Shown here: one piece after another, positions 51,404 to 61,038 of the stretch
How the letters are laid out: each line of letters begins with the position of its first letter
How positions within the stretch are numbered: the stretch's first letter is position 1
Assembly: GCA_964556545.1 (NCBI GenBank)
Contig: CAZKWE010000009.1
Span: 17,448-81,447, forward strand
Direction: 5' to 3'
DNA: 64,000 nucleotides
Origin: an uncultured Campylobacteraceae bacterium
GTDB lineage: Bacteria > Campylobacterota > Campylobacteria > Campylobacterales > JALSKU01
Made by a program: the position numbers and the translations under genes
The notes under the pieces: model-generated
What the model was told of the DNA's origin: nothing
The model's input: the letters and a program-made list of their open reading frames with translations, nothing else
Database searches by the model: none

Positions 51404-51982
51404 ATGAAATTGATAATAACAGGCGGTATTGCTACAGGAAAAAGTACGGTTTGTAAAATTTTTAAAGAATCGGGTTATGAAGTAGTGGATGCTGATAAGA
51501 TTGCTCATCAAGAGCTTGAAAATTCAAAAGATGAAATAGTAAGAATTTTTGGAAATAAAATTGTTACAAATGGCAAAATTGATAGAAAAAAACTTGGGAA
51601 TATTATTTTTGCAGATAAGAAAAGCAAGAGTAAACTTGAGAAGGTATTGCATCCGAAGATTAGAAAAGAGATAGAAAAAACTGTTGAAATTTTGGAAAAA
51701 GAGGGTAAAAAATATATAGTTGACATTCCACTTTATTTTGAAAGCGGGAAGTATAAAGCTGATAAAGTCATACTTGTTTATGCTCCGAAAAAACTACAGC
51801 TTCAAAGAGTGATGCAAAGAGACAAACTCTCCGAAAAAGAAGCCCTTGAGCGAATAGAAAGCCAAATAAAAATAGAGGCAAAAAAACAAATGAGCGATTT
51901 AGTTATAGAAAATTCAAAAGATATAGAAAAATTAAAAGATGAGGTTAAAAATGCAATTTTCCAAATACAGTGCAAGTGGTAA
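51404..51982 (+). CDS. coaE: dephospho-CoA kinase
   Basis: 192 aa with the P-loop ITGGIATGKST, and VDIPL.FE. Confidence 0.85.
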   Translation: MKLIITGGIATGKSTVCKIFKESGYEVVDADKIAHQELENSKDEIVRIFGNKIVTNGKIDRKKLGNIIFADKKSKSKLEKVLHPKIRKEIEKTVEILEKEGKKYIVDIPLYFESGKYKADKVILVYAPKKLQLQRVMQRDKLSEKEALERIESQIKIEAKKQMSDLVIENSKDIEKLKDEVKNAIFQIQCKW

Positions 51983-52703
51983 TGATTTTGTCATATTTTA
52001 TACATTTTTGGAAGCCGACAGGAGTGAATTGGCAAAAAAATTATGTCATAGACAGTTCGGTATAGGAGCAGACGGTCTTGTTGTCATACTTCCCGGTGAT
52101 AAAAAAGAAGAGTATGATTTTAAGTGGCAATTTTACAACAGTGACGGCAGTGAAGCGGCAATGTGCGGTAATGCAAGCAGAGCAGTAGCACACTATGCTT
52201 TTATCAACGGATTGTGTAAAAAGAGTACGAAATTTCTTACCAAAGCCGGCATTATTGAAGCTGAAGTTGAAGGTGATATCGTAGAATCGGCTTTAAGTGA
52301 GACAAAGATACTAAAAGAAGAATTTGAAGAGAGTGGTTTTACATGGTCTTTTTATGATACCGGTGTTCCGCATCTTGTTACTTTTGTTGATGATTTAAAT
52401 GCTTATGACAAAAAACTTTGTATATATATGAGAAATAAATACAATGCCAATGTAAATTATGCCAAACTTGAAAAAGGAAAAATGTATGTAAGAACCTATG
52501 AAAGAGGGGTAGAAGATGAAACACTTGCCTGCGGCACAGGTATGGCGGCTTGTTTTTTTAGTGCTCTTAGAAAAAAACTTATAGGTAATTTTATAGAGGT
52601 TTATCCAAAAAGCCAAGAAAGATTAATCTTATCTTATAAAAATAATAAAATATATTTTAAAGGAAAAGTTGTAAAAGTTTTTGATATAATAGAATATATA
52701 TAA
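51951..52703 (+). CDS. dapF: diaminopimelate epimerase
   Basis: Start at ATG 51951 (MQFSKYSASGNDFVIF, SD GAGG). Catalytic Cys contexts MCGNASR and LACGTGMAA. Confidence 0.85.
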   Translation: MQFSKYSASGNDFVIFYTFLEADRSELAKKLCHRQFGIGADGLVVILPGDKKEEYDFKWQFYNSDGSEAAMCGNASRAVAHYAFINGLCKKSTKFLTKAGIIEAEVEGDIVESALSETKILKEEFEESGFTWSFYDTGVPHLVTFVDDLNAYDKKLCIYMRNKYNANVNYAKLEKGKMYVRTYERGVEDETLACGTGMAACFFSALRKKLIGNFIEVYPKSQERLILSYKNNKIYFKGKVVKVFDIIEYI

Positions 52704-52720
52704 TAAAGCAGGAGAGATAA

Positions 52721-53488
52721 TTGAAGAAAATTTTAGCGATATTTTTGCTATTTTCAACACTTGTTTTTGCCGGAGGATTGCCATCTTGGTACTATAAGAT
52801 AAAAAATGTCTCCACTCAAAAACAAAAATTTGTCGAGATTATATTGCCACTTATAAAAAAAGCAAATAAAAAAACTTTGGCACAAAGAAGATTTGTTGAA
52901 AATTTTTTTGACAAACTTGAAAAAAAAGGTTTTAAAGCTATAAAAAAAGATGAGCTTAAAAAATTGGTAAAATTATCCAAGAAGTATAAAATAAAACATT
53001 TGTTTGACAAATTCGAGTATCTTCTAAAAATAGACAAGGTGCCCGAGTCCTTAGCTCTGACACAGGCTGCTATAGAGAGTGCTTGGGGGAAAAGCAGATT
53101 TGCTAAATATGCCAACAATATCTTTGGTCAGTGGACTTTTAAAGCAAAGGGCTTGGTGCCGGAACACAGAGCAGAGGGAAAAACCCACAAGATAAAAATA
53201 TTTCCATCTTTGCAAGTTTCAGTAAATGCATATATTGCCAATTTAAACAGGAATAGAGCATATAAAAATTTTAGATTTCAAAGATATCAGGCAAGACTTT
53301 TAAATGAAATGTACAGCGGTCTTGATGCTGCAGAAACTTTAAGAGAATATTCTGAACTAAAAGAGAAGTATGTGCATATGATAAAGAAATTTATGCAAAA
53401 AAACCGATTTTTAAAATATGACACCATAGATAAAAACAGCAATACGAAAAACAATGTGCTAATGTTTGCACTTAATCGGAATTTTTAA
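52721..53488 (+). CDS. glucosaminidase-domain (Bax/FlgJ-like) protein
   Basis: 255 aa with a signal peptide and the AAIESAWGKSRFA..ANNIFGQW muramidase/glucosaminidase motif. TTG start with SD GGAGAG. Confidence 0.7.
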   Translation: MKKILAIFLLFSTLVFAGGLPSWYYKIKNVSTQKQKFVEIILPLIKKANKKTLAQRRFVENFFDKLEKKGFKAIKKDELKKLVKLSKKYKIKHLFDKFEYLLKIDKVPESLALTQAAIESAWGKSRFAKYANNIFGQWTFKAKGLVPEHRAEGKTHKIKIFPSLQVSVNAYIANLNRNRAYKNFRFQRYQARLLNEMYSGLDAAETLREYSELKEKYVHMIKKFMQKNRFLKYDTIDKNSNTKNNVLMFALNRNF

Positions 53489-53501
53489 GCTTATCCACAA
53501 A

Positions 53502-53546
53502 ATTCCCTTTTTATACAATGTTTTAACGATATGATAAAAAGGGAAT
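53502..53546 (+). terminator. 13-bp hairpin after the Bax-like gene
   Basis: ATTCCCTTTTTAT (53502-53514) pairs with ATAAAAAGGGAAT (53534-53546). There is no U-tract, so terminator function is uncertain. Confidence 0.35.
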
Positions 53547-53710
53547 CCCCCTTCTGTCTAAAAAGACTCATAGATATTTTATAAAATATTATTAAACATA
53601 ATTTCAGTATTAATTTAAAATTTTTATGTTAGAATTTTTTAAGTAGGGTAAAATTACAAAAAGAATGAAAACTTAAGTTTAAGGAGGTTTAAGGTAAAAG
53701 ATTTTTAAAA

Positions 53711-54745
53711 TTGTCTGTCGGCATAGCTGCTGTTTTTTTATTTTTTAGTGGTTGTGCTCCCTCAATGTCAACCGGAGCTCCGGAGGCAAAAACAACAGCA
53801 ACAGGATCGGCCGGCGGATCAAATGCACAAAATGCAAACAAAGGTTTGGAAAAATGTAAATCTCCTCTTGGTACTTTGGCTATCTATGAAGATAAATCAG
53901 AGCCTTGGTATCAACAACTCAGAAATGATTATAGACTTCCGTCAACCATACCGGTTATAAGACTTTTGGCACAGCAATCAAACTGTTTTGTTATAGTTGA
54001 AAGAGGAAAAGCCATGAAACAAATGATGGCTGAGAGAGAACTTATGAAATCAGGAGAATTAAGAGGAAGTTCCAATTTTAGAAAGGGACAAATGGTTGCA
54101 GCTGATTATACGATGACACCTTCTATTACATTTAGTCCAAACAATACTGGAGGAGTGGGAGGAGCTATCGGTGCACTTTTTGGCTCCGTTGTCGGAGGTG
54201 TAGCAGGCAGCATAAAAACAAGTGACGCAAGTACGGTTTTAACTCTTGTTGATAACAGAACCGGTGTTCAGCTTGCTGTAGCAGAAGGAAGTGCGAGAAA
54301 TACTGATTTTAATCTTCTGGGAGGAATAGGACTTTCAACTACTGTTGGGGTAGGAGCTTATACAAAAACTCCACAAGGTAAAGTTATAGTGGCAGCTTTT
54401 ACTGACTCAATGAACAATATTATAAAAGCAGTTAAAGCCTATAAGGCACAGCATGTTAAAGGCGGGCTTGGAAATGGAGGTAATCTTTCAGTTGACGGCC
54501 CTGACAATACGGGACTTTTACAAAGTTATGAAGGTGTTATTGTTAAAAGAGTTTATGACAAACCAAGCGGTCTTTGGAAATACAAAATAATAACAAAAGA
54601 TAAAAAACAATCTTTTGATTTTACAAGTAAAAAAAAGATTATGTATAAATATGATTTGATTAAATTTAACTTAGTTGATGGAAAGGTGGATCCGGACTCT
54701 TTAAAGCTTTTGGAGAGAAGATATTACCAAAAATATTGGCAATAA
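53711..54745 (+). CDS. CsgG/HfaB-family outer-membrane lipoprotein with C-terminal extension
   Basis: 344 aa with lipobox FFSGC. The order of conserved blocks parallels E. coli CsgG (GTLAIYED.., LLAQQSNCFVIVERG, AADYTMTPSITF...GGVGGA, VLTLVDNRTG). Start codon uncertain (see findings). Confidence 0.65.
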   Translation: MSVGIAAVFLFFSGCAPSMSTGAPEAKTTATGSAGGSNAQNANKGLEKCKSPLGTLAIYEDKSEPWYQQLRNDYRLPSTIPVIRLLAQQSNCFVIVERGKAMKQMMAERELMKSGELRGSSNFRKGQMVAADYTMTPSITFSPNNTGGVGGAIGALFGSVVGGVAGSIKTSDASTVLTLVDNRTGVQLAVAEGSARNTDFNLLGGIGLSTTVGVGAYTKTPQGKVIVAAFTDSMNNIIKAVKAYKAQHVKGGLGNGGNLSVDGPDNTGLLQSYEGVIVKRVYDKPSGLWKYKIITKDKKQSFDFTSKKKIMYKYDLIKFNLVDGKVDPDSLKLLERRYYQKYWQ

Positions 54746-54752
54746 ATTTTGT

Positions 54753-54779
54753 ATCAGCACAGACTTTGTTTGTGCTGAT
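54753..54779. terminator. bidirectional hairpin terminator between convergent csgG-like gene and prfA
   Basis: 9-bp stem ATCAGCACA / TGTGCTGAT with a 9-nt loop. It is flanked by A/T runs on both sides (AAATTTTGT ... TTTTATAT). Confidence 0.6.
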
Positions 54780-54780
54780 T

Positions 54781-55848
54781 TTATATACCTGCTTCTTTTA
54801 TAGCTTCGGTTTGATAGTGGGTTATAAGGGGATCAATTATCTCATCAAAAAGTCCGCCTTGCATGATGGCATCCAATCTGTAAAGTGTTAGATTGATCCT
54901 GTGGTCTGTTATTCTGTTTTGAGGGTAATTATAAGTTCTAATACGTCCGCTTCTGTCCCCTGTGCCTACTTGGGTTTTTCTTATATCTGCATTTTCTTTT
55001 GCTTTTTCCTGCATTTCAAGCTCGTAAAGTCGTGCTTTTAAGACTTTCATTGCTTTATCTTTATTTTTATGCTGAGATTTTTGATCTTGATTGGTTACTA
55101 CTATGCCGGTTGGTATGTGGGTTATTCTAACGGCACTATCGGTTGTATTTACACATTGACCTCCGCATCCGCTTGCTCTCATAACATCAATTTTTAAATC
55201 ATTCGGATTTATATCTATTTCAACATCATCCACTTCAGGCATTATAGCAACAGTAATGGCTGAAGTATGCACCCTTCCTTGAGATTCTGTTTGAGGCACT
55301 CTTTGTACTCTGTGAGTTCCGCCTTCATACTTTAATCTGCTATAAGCACCCTTACCTTTTATGAGAACAATTATCTCTTTAAAGCCGCCGGCACTTCCTT
55401 CGCTACTGGAGATAATTTCACTTTTCCAATCTCTAAGTTCAACATATCTAAGATAAGCTTTAAAAAGATCTTCAACAAATAAAGCAGCTTCATCACCGCC
55501 TGTTCCGGCTCTTAACTCAAGATAGACATTTCTGTCATCATTTGGATCTTTTGGAAGGAGAAGAAGTTTTATATCTTCTTCAAGTTCAATTTTTTTCGGT
55601 TCAAGTTCTTTAAGTTCTTCTTTTGCAAGTTCACATAATTCACTGTCTTCTAAAAGCTCTTTGTTTTCTTTGATGCTTTCGCAAATATTTATATATTCTT
55701 CGGTTTTATTTTTTATGGATTCAAGTTCTGACTGCTCTTTTGACAGAGCAGTCATTTTTTCTATATCGTTTGCAATGTCAGGAGAGCTAAGCAGCTTGGT
55801 TATTTCATCATATCTATCTAAAAAAGGAGATAATTTCTCTCTTAACAT
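54781..55848 (-). CDS. prfA: peptide chain release factor 1
   Basis: 355 aa with the GGQ motif ([16 protein letters not shown]) and a PxT-type tripeptide region ([12 protein letters not shown]). Confidence 0.95.
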   Translation of the reverse strand: MLREKLSPFLDRYDEITKLLSSPDIANDIEKMTALSKEQSELESIKNKTEEYINICESIKENKELLEDSELCELAKEELKELEPKKIELEEDIKLLLLPKDPNDDRNVYLELRAGTGGDEAALFVEDLFKAYLRYVELRDWKSEIISSSEGSAGGFKEIIVLIKGKGAYSRLKYEGGTHRVQRVPQTESQGRVHTSAITVAIMPEVDDVEIDINPNDLKIDVMRASGCGGQCVNTTDSAVRITHIPTGIVVTNQDQKSQHKNKDKAMKVLKARLYELEMQEKAKENADIRKTQVGTGDRSGRIRTYNYPQNRITDHRINLTLYRLDAIMQGGLFDEIIDPLITHYQTEAIKEAGI

Positions 55849-55862
55849 TGTATTGCTATAAG

Positions 55863-56135
55863 TTATGCGGCAGTTGTTAAGTTGTTTACAAGATTATGAA
55901 GTCTGCTCACTTTTCTGGCAGCTGTATTTTTCTTTAAAACGCCTTTACTTACATATTTGTGTAAGTTTTTGTTAGCTTTTTTGAAAGCTTCTGCGGCGGC
56001 TTCTGCGTTGCCTTCCGCTACTGCTGTTTCAACAGCTTTTGTTATATTTTTAATTCTGGTTCTGTAAAATCTGTTTCTCTCAGTTCTTTTTTTGGTTTGT
56101 CTGATTCTTTTTTCAGCAGACTTGTGATTTGCCAT
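55863..56135 (-). CDS. rpsT: 30S ribosomal protein S20
   Basis: 90 aa starting [22 protein letters not shown]. Confidence 0.95.
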   Translation of the reverse strand: MANHKSAEKRIRQTKKRTERNRFYRTRIKNITKAVETAVAEGNAEAAAEAFKKANKNLHKYVSKGVLKKNTAARKVSRLHNLVNNLTTAA

Positions 56136-56316
56136 AAAAGTTTCCTTTGTTAAATTTTTTAAGGTATGGATTATACTAAAAAATTAATTAAATATAACTG
56201 AAAATATTTGAGTTTAGCAAGATGCCTTGTCTGTAATTTTTAGAGCTATTTTTCAATAACTAAATAGTTGAAATTTAATTTCTTTACTATGTATATCTGT
56301 CATTAAAACGGGTTGT

Positions 56317-56706
<390 letters not shown>

Positions 56707-56942
56707 TCAGAGAATTTATAATGATATTTTACTATTTTTTATATTTATTTTTAATAAAGGGTGTCTCTAATAGCCTCAAAAATACAAATATCGCATCACA
56801 ATTATGTACAGATTATTTTAAATATATTAAAAAATTATAGTTTAATATATATTTAAAAAATTTTACAGCTTTGCTAAAGTTTTTTGAGTGTAGAATTATA
56901 TGATAAAAACACCGGTAATATTACCGATAAAAAGCAGGGATT

Positions 56943-58445
56943 ATGCTTACTGTAAATATTGACAACAAAGATATTGAAGTCAATGACGGAGCATTGCTGA
57001 TAGATGTAATGCTTAAAAACGGTATATCCGTACCTCATTTTTGCTATCATGAAGCTTTGGGTCCTGATGGAAACTGCAGAATGTGTATGGTTGAAATAGA
57101 AGGACAAAAAAGACCGCAAATTGCCTGTGACACCATAGTTAAAGAGGGTATGGTCGTAAGGACCAAGGGTGAAAAAATTGAAAAAGTAAAACGTGGAATT
57201 TTGGAATTGGAGCTTATAAATCATCCTACAGACTGTCCTATTTGCGATCAAGCCGGAGAGTGCAAGCTTCAAGAATACTATATGGAAATAGGTCTTTACG
57301 ACAGCAGGCTTGATACTCCGAAAGTAAAATCTAAAAAACACATATATCTCGGAAGCGAAGTTATGCTTGATCAGGAAAGATGCGTACTTTGTAAAAGATG
57401 CGTTAGGTTTACTCAGATTTATACAAAAACCGATGATCTGATAGTGGAAAAAAGAAGTGACAAATCTGTTATCACAACTTTCCCGGGAGAAAAATTTGAA
57501 AATCCATATGCCGGAAATGTAGTGGATATTTGTCCTGTCGGTGCACTTACTGACAGAGATTTTAGATTTAAAAAAAGAGTATGGTTTTTGTCTCATGGGA
57601 ACGGTATATGTATGGAATGTTCAAGAGGATGCAATCTTAGGGTCGGACATGATAAGGCAAAATATCAAGATGATATCATTTATAGATTTAAACCAAGAAG
57701 AAATGACAGAGTTAACGGATTTTTTATCTGCGACCATGGTAGATACAGTTATAAAAAAGAGAATGAAAATAGACTTTTTAGTCCAAAGATTTACGGAAAA
57801 GATATAGGCTTACAGGAGAGCATAGACAAATTAAGATACTATATTGAAGAAAATTCGCTGGTTATAGTTTCACCTTCTTTATCTCTTGAGGAACTTGCCT
57901 GTATAAAAGCATGGGCAGACAATAAAAACTTTAAACTGACAACTTCTCTTGAAGAGTACATTGACGAAAATTTTGAAGACAATCTTTTAAAAACAAAAGA
58001 GAAAGCCTCAAATATAAACGGTATAAGACTTTTAAATATCGAGATAGATGATAATATCAAAAAAAGTATAGAAAAGTATGATAATATCATAATATTTTCA
58101 CATAAAATAGCATTAGAAAAAAGTGAAATTTTTAAAAATAAAAAAGTGATAAATTTTACAACTTTATCTAAAAATAGTGAACTGTACAAACTTTGTATGC
58201 CCATAGCATCGACTTATGAAAAAGAGGGGTCGTATATAAACTGTGACTGGATATTGCAAAAAAGTGAGAAGATTGTACACAAAGAGCTTCAGCCACCTAC
58301 AATTATAGAAATTTTAAGTATACTCCAAGATGAATATATGGACGAAAATATAATCTGGAAAAAGTATCTAAACGATAATAAGATTTTTAAAAATATAAAT
58401 TTAACTCTTTTAAAAAGCGACGGATATCAATTGGAGTTAGAGTAA
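56943..58445 (+). CDS. nuoG: NADH-quinone oxidoreductase subunit G (short form)
   Basis: 500 aa with the N-terminal 2Fe-2S (CYHEALGPDGNCRMCMVEI), HPTDCPICDQAGECKLQ, CVLCKRCVRF and CPVGALT clusters. The molybdopterin-like part is shortened. Confidence 0.85.
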   Translation: MLTVNIDNKDIEVNDGALLIDVMLKNGISVPHFCYHEALGPDGNCRMCMVEIEGQKRPQIACDTIVKEGMVVRTKGEKIEKVKRGILELELINHPTDCPICDQAGECKLQEYYMEIGLYDSRLDTPKVKSKKHIYLGSEVMLDQERCVLCKRCVRFTQIYTKTDDLIVEKRSDKSVITTFPGEKFENPYAGNVVDICPVGALTDRDFRFKKRVWFLSHGNGICMECSRGCNLRVGHDKAKYQDDIIYRFKPRRNDRVNGFFICDHGRYSYKKENENRLFSPKIYGKDIGLQESIDKLRYYIEENSLVIVSPSLSLEELACIKAWADNKNFKLTTSLEEYIDENFEDNLLKTKEKASNINGIRLLNIEIDDNIKKSIEKYDNIIIFSHKIALEKSEIFKNKKVINFTTLSKNSELYKLCMPIASTYEKEGSYINCDWILQKSEKIVHKELQPPTIIEILSILQDEYMDENIIWKKYLNDNKIFKNINLTLLKSDGYQLELE

Positions 58446-59728
58446 TGGGTTTGCTCGGAGTAAGTATAGTCATTATCAATATCCTGTTTGCCGTTATTGT
58501 CTCTTTGGGAGGAGTACCGGTGCTGGTTTGGCTTGAAAGAAGAGTTGCCGGGTTCATTCAAGACAGGTCAGGTCCCAACAGATGCAACATAGGAGGTTTC
58601 AGACTGGGAGGCCTTATTCAATCTTTTGCAGATATGCTCAAACTTGTTTTTAAAGAAGATATTGTGCCGACTCATATAAAATATAAATTTCTTTTTTCTC
58701 TTGCTCCCACTATTGTTCTTTTTTGTGCTATCCTGACTTTTAGCGTTATACCGTTTGCAGATAATTTGGTAATAAATGGCAAAACTTATATGCTCCAAGC
58801 TCTTCCTACGGGTGCGGGTATAGTATGGTTTATAGCTTTTGCAGGACTTAGTGTATATGGCATTATACTTGCAGGCTGGAGCAGTGACAATAAATACAGT
58901 CTTCTTGGCGGGCTAAGAGCAAGTGCAAGCACTATAAGCTATGAGCCGATTATGGCACTTTCGGTAGTTACAATGATAGTGATATACGGAACTATATCAT
59001 TAAACGATATGGTCGTAAAACAGAGTGAGCTTATATTTGGCTTGATACCGGCATGGGGAGTTTTGCTTCAGCCTGTTGCCGCAATTACTTTTATAGTTGC
59101 CGCTTTTGCTGAAGCTAACAGAACTCCATTTGATTTGGCCGAAGGAGAGAGTGAAATAGTCGGAGGATTTCATACGGAGTATGGAGCAATGAAATTCGGA
59201 CTTTTTTTCGTAGGTGAATATGTAGCCATGAGTGCTTCAAGCGGAGTTATCATAAGTATGTTTTTTGGCGGATACAATATACCTTGGCTTTCAACTCAGA
59301 GCCTAAAAGAGCATATAGATACGGTTTCTTATGCAATTATTGTACTGTTGCCGATATTTAGTTATGTATTTATAAAGTGGATGTATAAAAACAATAGATG
59401 GAAAAAGGCTGATGATAAAAGAAACAAAGAGAGTGCAATACTTGCTAAAGTAATTATAGGGTTTGATATAATTTTGACAATATTGCTTTTATACCTTAAT
59501 TTAGTGGTAAAAACCGAGATTGTAGCTTCTGTTTTAACTGCACTTTTGCAATTTGGTACATTTGTTATAAAACTTTTTATGATGAATCTGGTATATATAT
59601 GGGTAAGATGGACACTGCCTCGATTTAGGTATGATCAACTTCAAACTCTTTGTTGGAAATATCTTCTTCCTGTATCCATAGGCAATCTTTTTATAACTTC
59701 TCTTGTAGTAGTTGGATTCGGGTTGTAA
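58445..59728 (+). CDS. nuoH: NADH-quinone oxidoreductase subunit H with ~90-aa internal insertion
   Basis: 427 aa with WLERRVAGFIQDRSGPN, AEANRTPFDLAEGESEIVGGFHTEY and RWTLPRFRYDQL motifs. Extra sequence lies between FFGGYNIPW and the last conserved helix. Confidence 0.9.
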   Translation: MGLLGVSIVIINILFAVIVSLGGVPVLVWLERRVAGFIQDRSGPNRCNIGGFRLGGLIQSFADMLKLVFKEDIVPTHIKYKFLFSLAPTIVLFCAILTFSVIPFADNLVINGKTYMLQALPTGAGIVWFIAFAGLSVYGIILAGWSSDNKYSLLGGLRASASTISYEPIMALSVVTMIVIYGTISLNDMVVKQSELIFGLIPAWGVLLQPVAAITFIVAAFAEANRTPFDLAEGESEIVGGFHTEYGAMKFGLFFVGEYVAMSASSGVIISMFFGGYNIPWLSTQSLKEHIDTVSYAIIVLLPIFSYVFIKWMYKNNRWKKADDKRNKESAILAKVIIGFDIILTILLLYLNLVVKTEIVASVLTALLQFGTFVIKLFMMNLVYIWVRWTLPRFRYDQLQTLCWKYLLPVSIGNLFITSLVVVGFGL

Positions 59729-59729
59729 A

Positions 59730-60230
59730 ATGAAGATTAAAAAAATACCAAGATATGGGGATACTTTAAAAGAAAAGCTTTATTTACCTGCCATATTCGG
59801 CGGAATGAAAGTCACCTTTTCCCATTTTGTTAAAAATTTAAAAGATACGGATAATTTAAGAGTTGTATGGTATCCCGAAGAGAGTCCGAAAGATATAACA
59901 AGCAGATACAGAGGAGTGCATAGATTGACTCACAGAAATGACGGAAGCATAAGATGTGTAGCCTGTTTTATGTGTGCTACGGCATGTCCTGCCGAGTGTA
60001 TATTTATAGAAGCACAAGAGAGATTGGATACGGTAGATGAGAAAGAGCCAAAAAGATTTGATATAGATTTGCTTGAGTGTATATTTTGCGGAGAGTGTGT
60101 GGAAGCATGCCCGTGTGATGCCATAAGAATGGATACGGGTATTTTTTCTTTTATAGGCAAAGACAGAGAGGATTTTATCCTTACAAAAGAAAAACTTTTG
60201 GCAAACAAAGAGTTTAAGGAAAAAAAATAA
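59730..60230 (+). CDS. nuoI: NADH-quinone oxidoreductase subunit I
   Basis: Start at ATG 59730, just after the nuoH stop. Two 4Fe-4S motifs (CVACFMCATACP, CIFCGECVEACP). Confidence 0.9.
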   Translation: MKIKKIPRYGDTLKEKLYLPAIFGGMKVTFSHFVKNLKDTDNLRVVWYPEESPKDITSRYRGVHRLTHRNDGSIRCVACFMCATACPAECIFIEAQERLDTVDEKEPKRFDIDLLECIFCGECVEACPCDAIRMDTGIFSFIGKDREDFILTKEKLLANKEFKEKK

Positions 60231-60724
60231 TGGAAGTTATATTTGTAATTCTTTCATTTTTTGCCATAGCAAGTGCATTAGTAATGATATATGCAAAAGA
60301 GCCGATGACAAGTGCTCTTAGTTTTATGGTTACTTTGCTTTCTCTTGCGGGACTTTTTGCTCTTTTTAGTGCTTCATTTTTGTTTTTGGTGCAAATTATC
60401 GTATATGCGGGTGCAATTATAACATTGGTGCTCTTAATCATAATGTTTTTAAATATTCAAGAGGATAATTTACCGAAAGAGCCTCACAAGATGAGGTATA
60501 TGTTTATATCGGCAATATTTGTTGTGCCCATAGATATAGCCATACTAAAAGCTGTTTTCGTTTTGCCAAAAAATGATATGTCAATTATGGCTGACGGATT
60601 TGGAAGTGTAAAGTCTCTCGGAATGGTCTTATACAAAGATTGGCTGCTTTCGTTTGAGCTGATATCTATACTTTTGATAGTTTCACTAATCGGCGCTATT
60701 GTATTTGCCAAAAGGAAGATATAA
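60230..60724 (+). CDS. nuoJ: NADH-quinone oxidoreductase subunit J
   Basis: 164 aa, five helices, with the VQIIVYAGAI motif. Position in operon. Confidence 0.85.
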   Translation: MEVIFVILSFFAIASALVMIYAKEPMTSALSFMVTLLSLAGLFALFSASFLFLVQIIVYAGAIITLVLLIIMFLNIQEDNLPKEPHKMRYMFISAIFVVPIDIAILKAVFVLPKNDMSIMADGFGSVKSLGMVLYKDWLLSFELISILLIVSLIGAIVFAKRKI

Positions 60725-61038
60725 TGAGCCTTTTTGAAGTAATGTTTACGGGAATTATGCTTTTTTCCATAGGTATAATAGGAGTTATATCAAGAAAAAA
60801 TATCTTTGTTATATATATGTCTTTGGAGCTTATGCTAAATGCGATAAATCTTATGTTTATATCTGCTTCAAGATATTTTCACTCTATGAATGCACAAGTT
60901 ATTTCTATGATGATTATAGCAATAAGTGCTGCAGAAGCGGCTCTTTTTCTATCGTTAGTCGTATTGTTGTACAAGAGAAAAGGTTCTCTTGATGCTGATG
61001 TATTCAACAAATTAGCTCAGCACAGGGATAAATCATGA
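60724..61038 (+). CDS. nuoK: NADH-quinone oxidoreductase subunit K
   Basis: 104 aa, three helices, with LELMLNAINL and AAAEAA motifs. Confidence 0.9.
   Translation: MSLFEVMFTGIMLFSIGIIGVISRKNIFVIYMSLELMLNAINLMFISASRYFHSMNAQVISMMIIAISAAEAALFLSLVVLLYKRKGSLDADVFNKLAQHRDKS

Noticed and set aside
53491-53499. Perfect E. coli-type DnaA box TTATCCACA
   Set aside because: It is a single isolated box just after the Bax-like gene stop, with no cluster, no adjacent AT-rich unwinding region and no dnaA nearby. The real box clusters flank dnaA at 28.9-30.5 kb.
56874-57596. 240-aa minus-strand ORF
   Set aside because: It is entirely antisense to the well-supported nuoG coding sequence. Its composition is low-complexity F/I/K/S/Y-rich, typical of antisense frames in AT-rich DNA, and it has no recognisable motif or SD.
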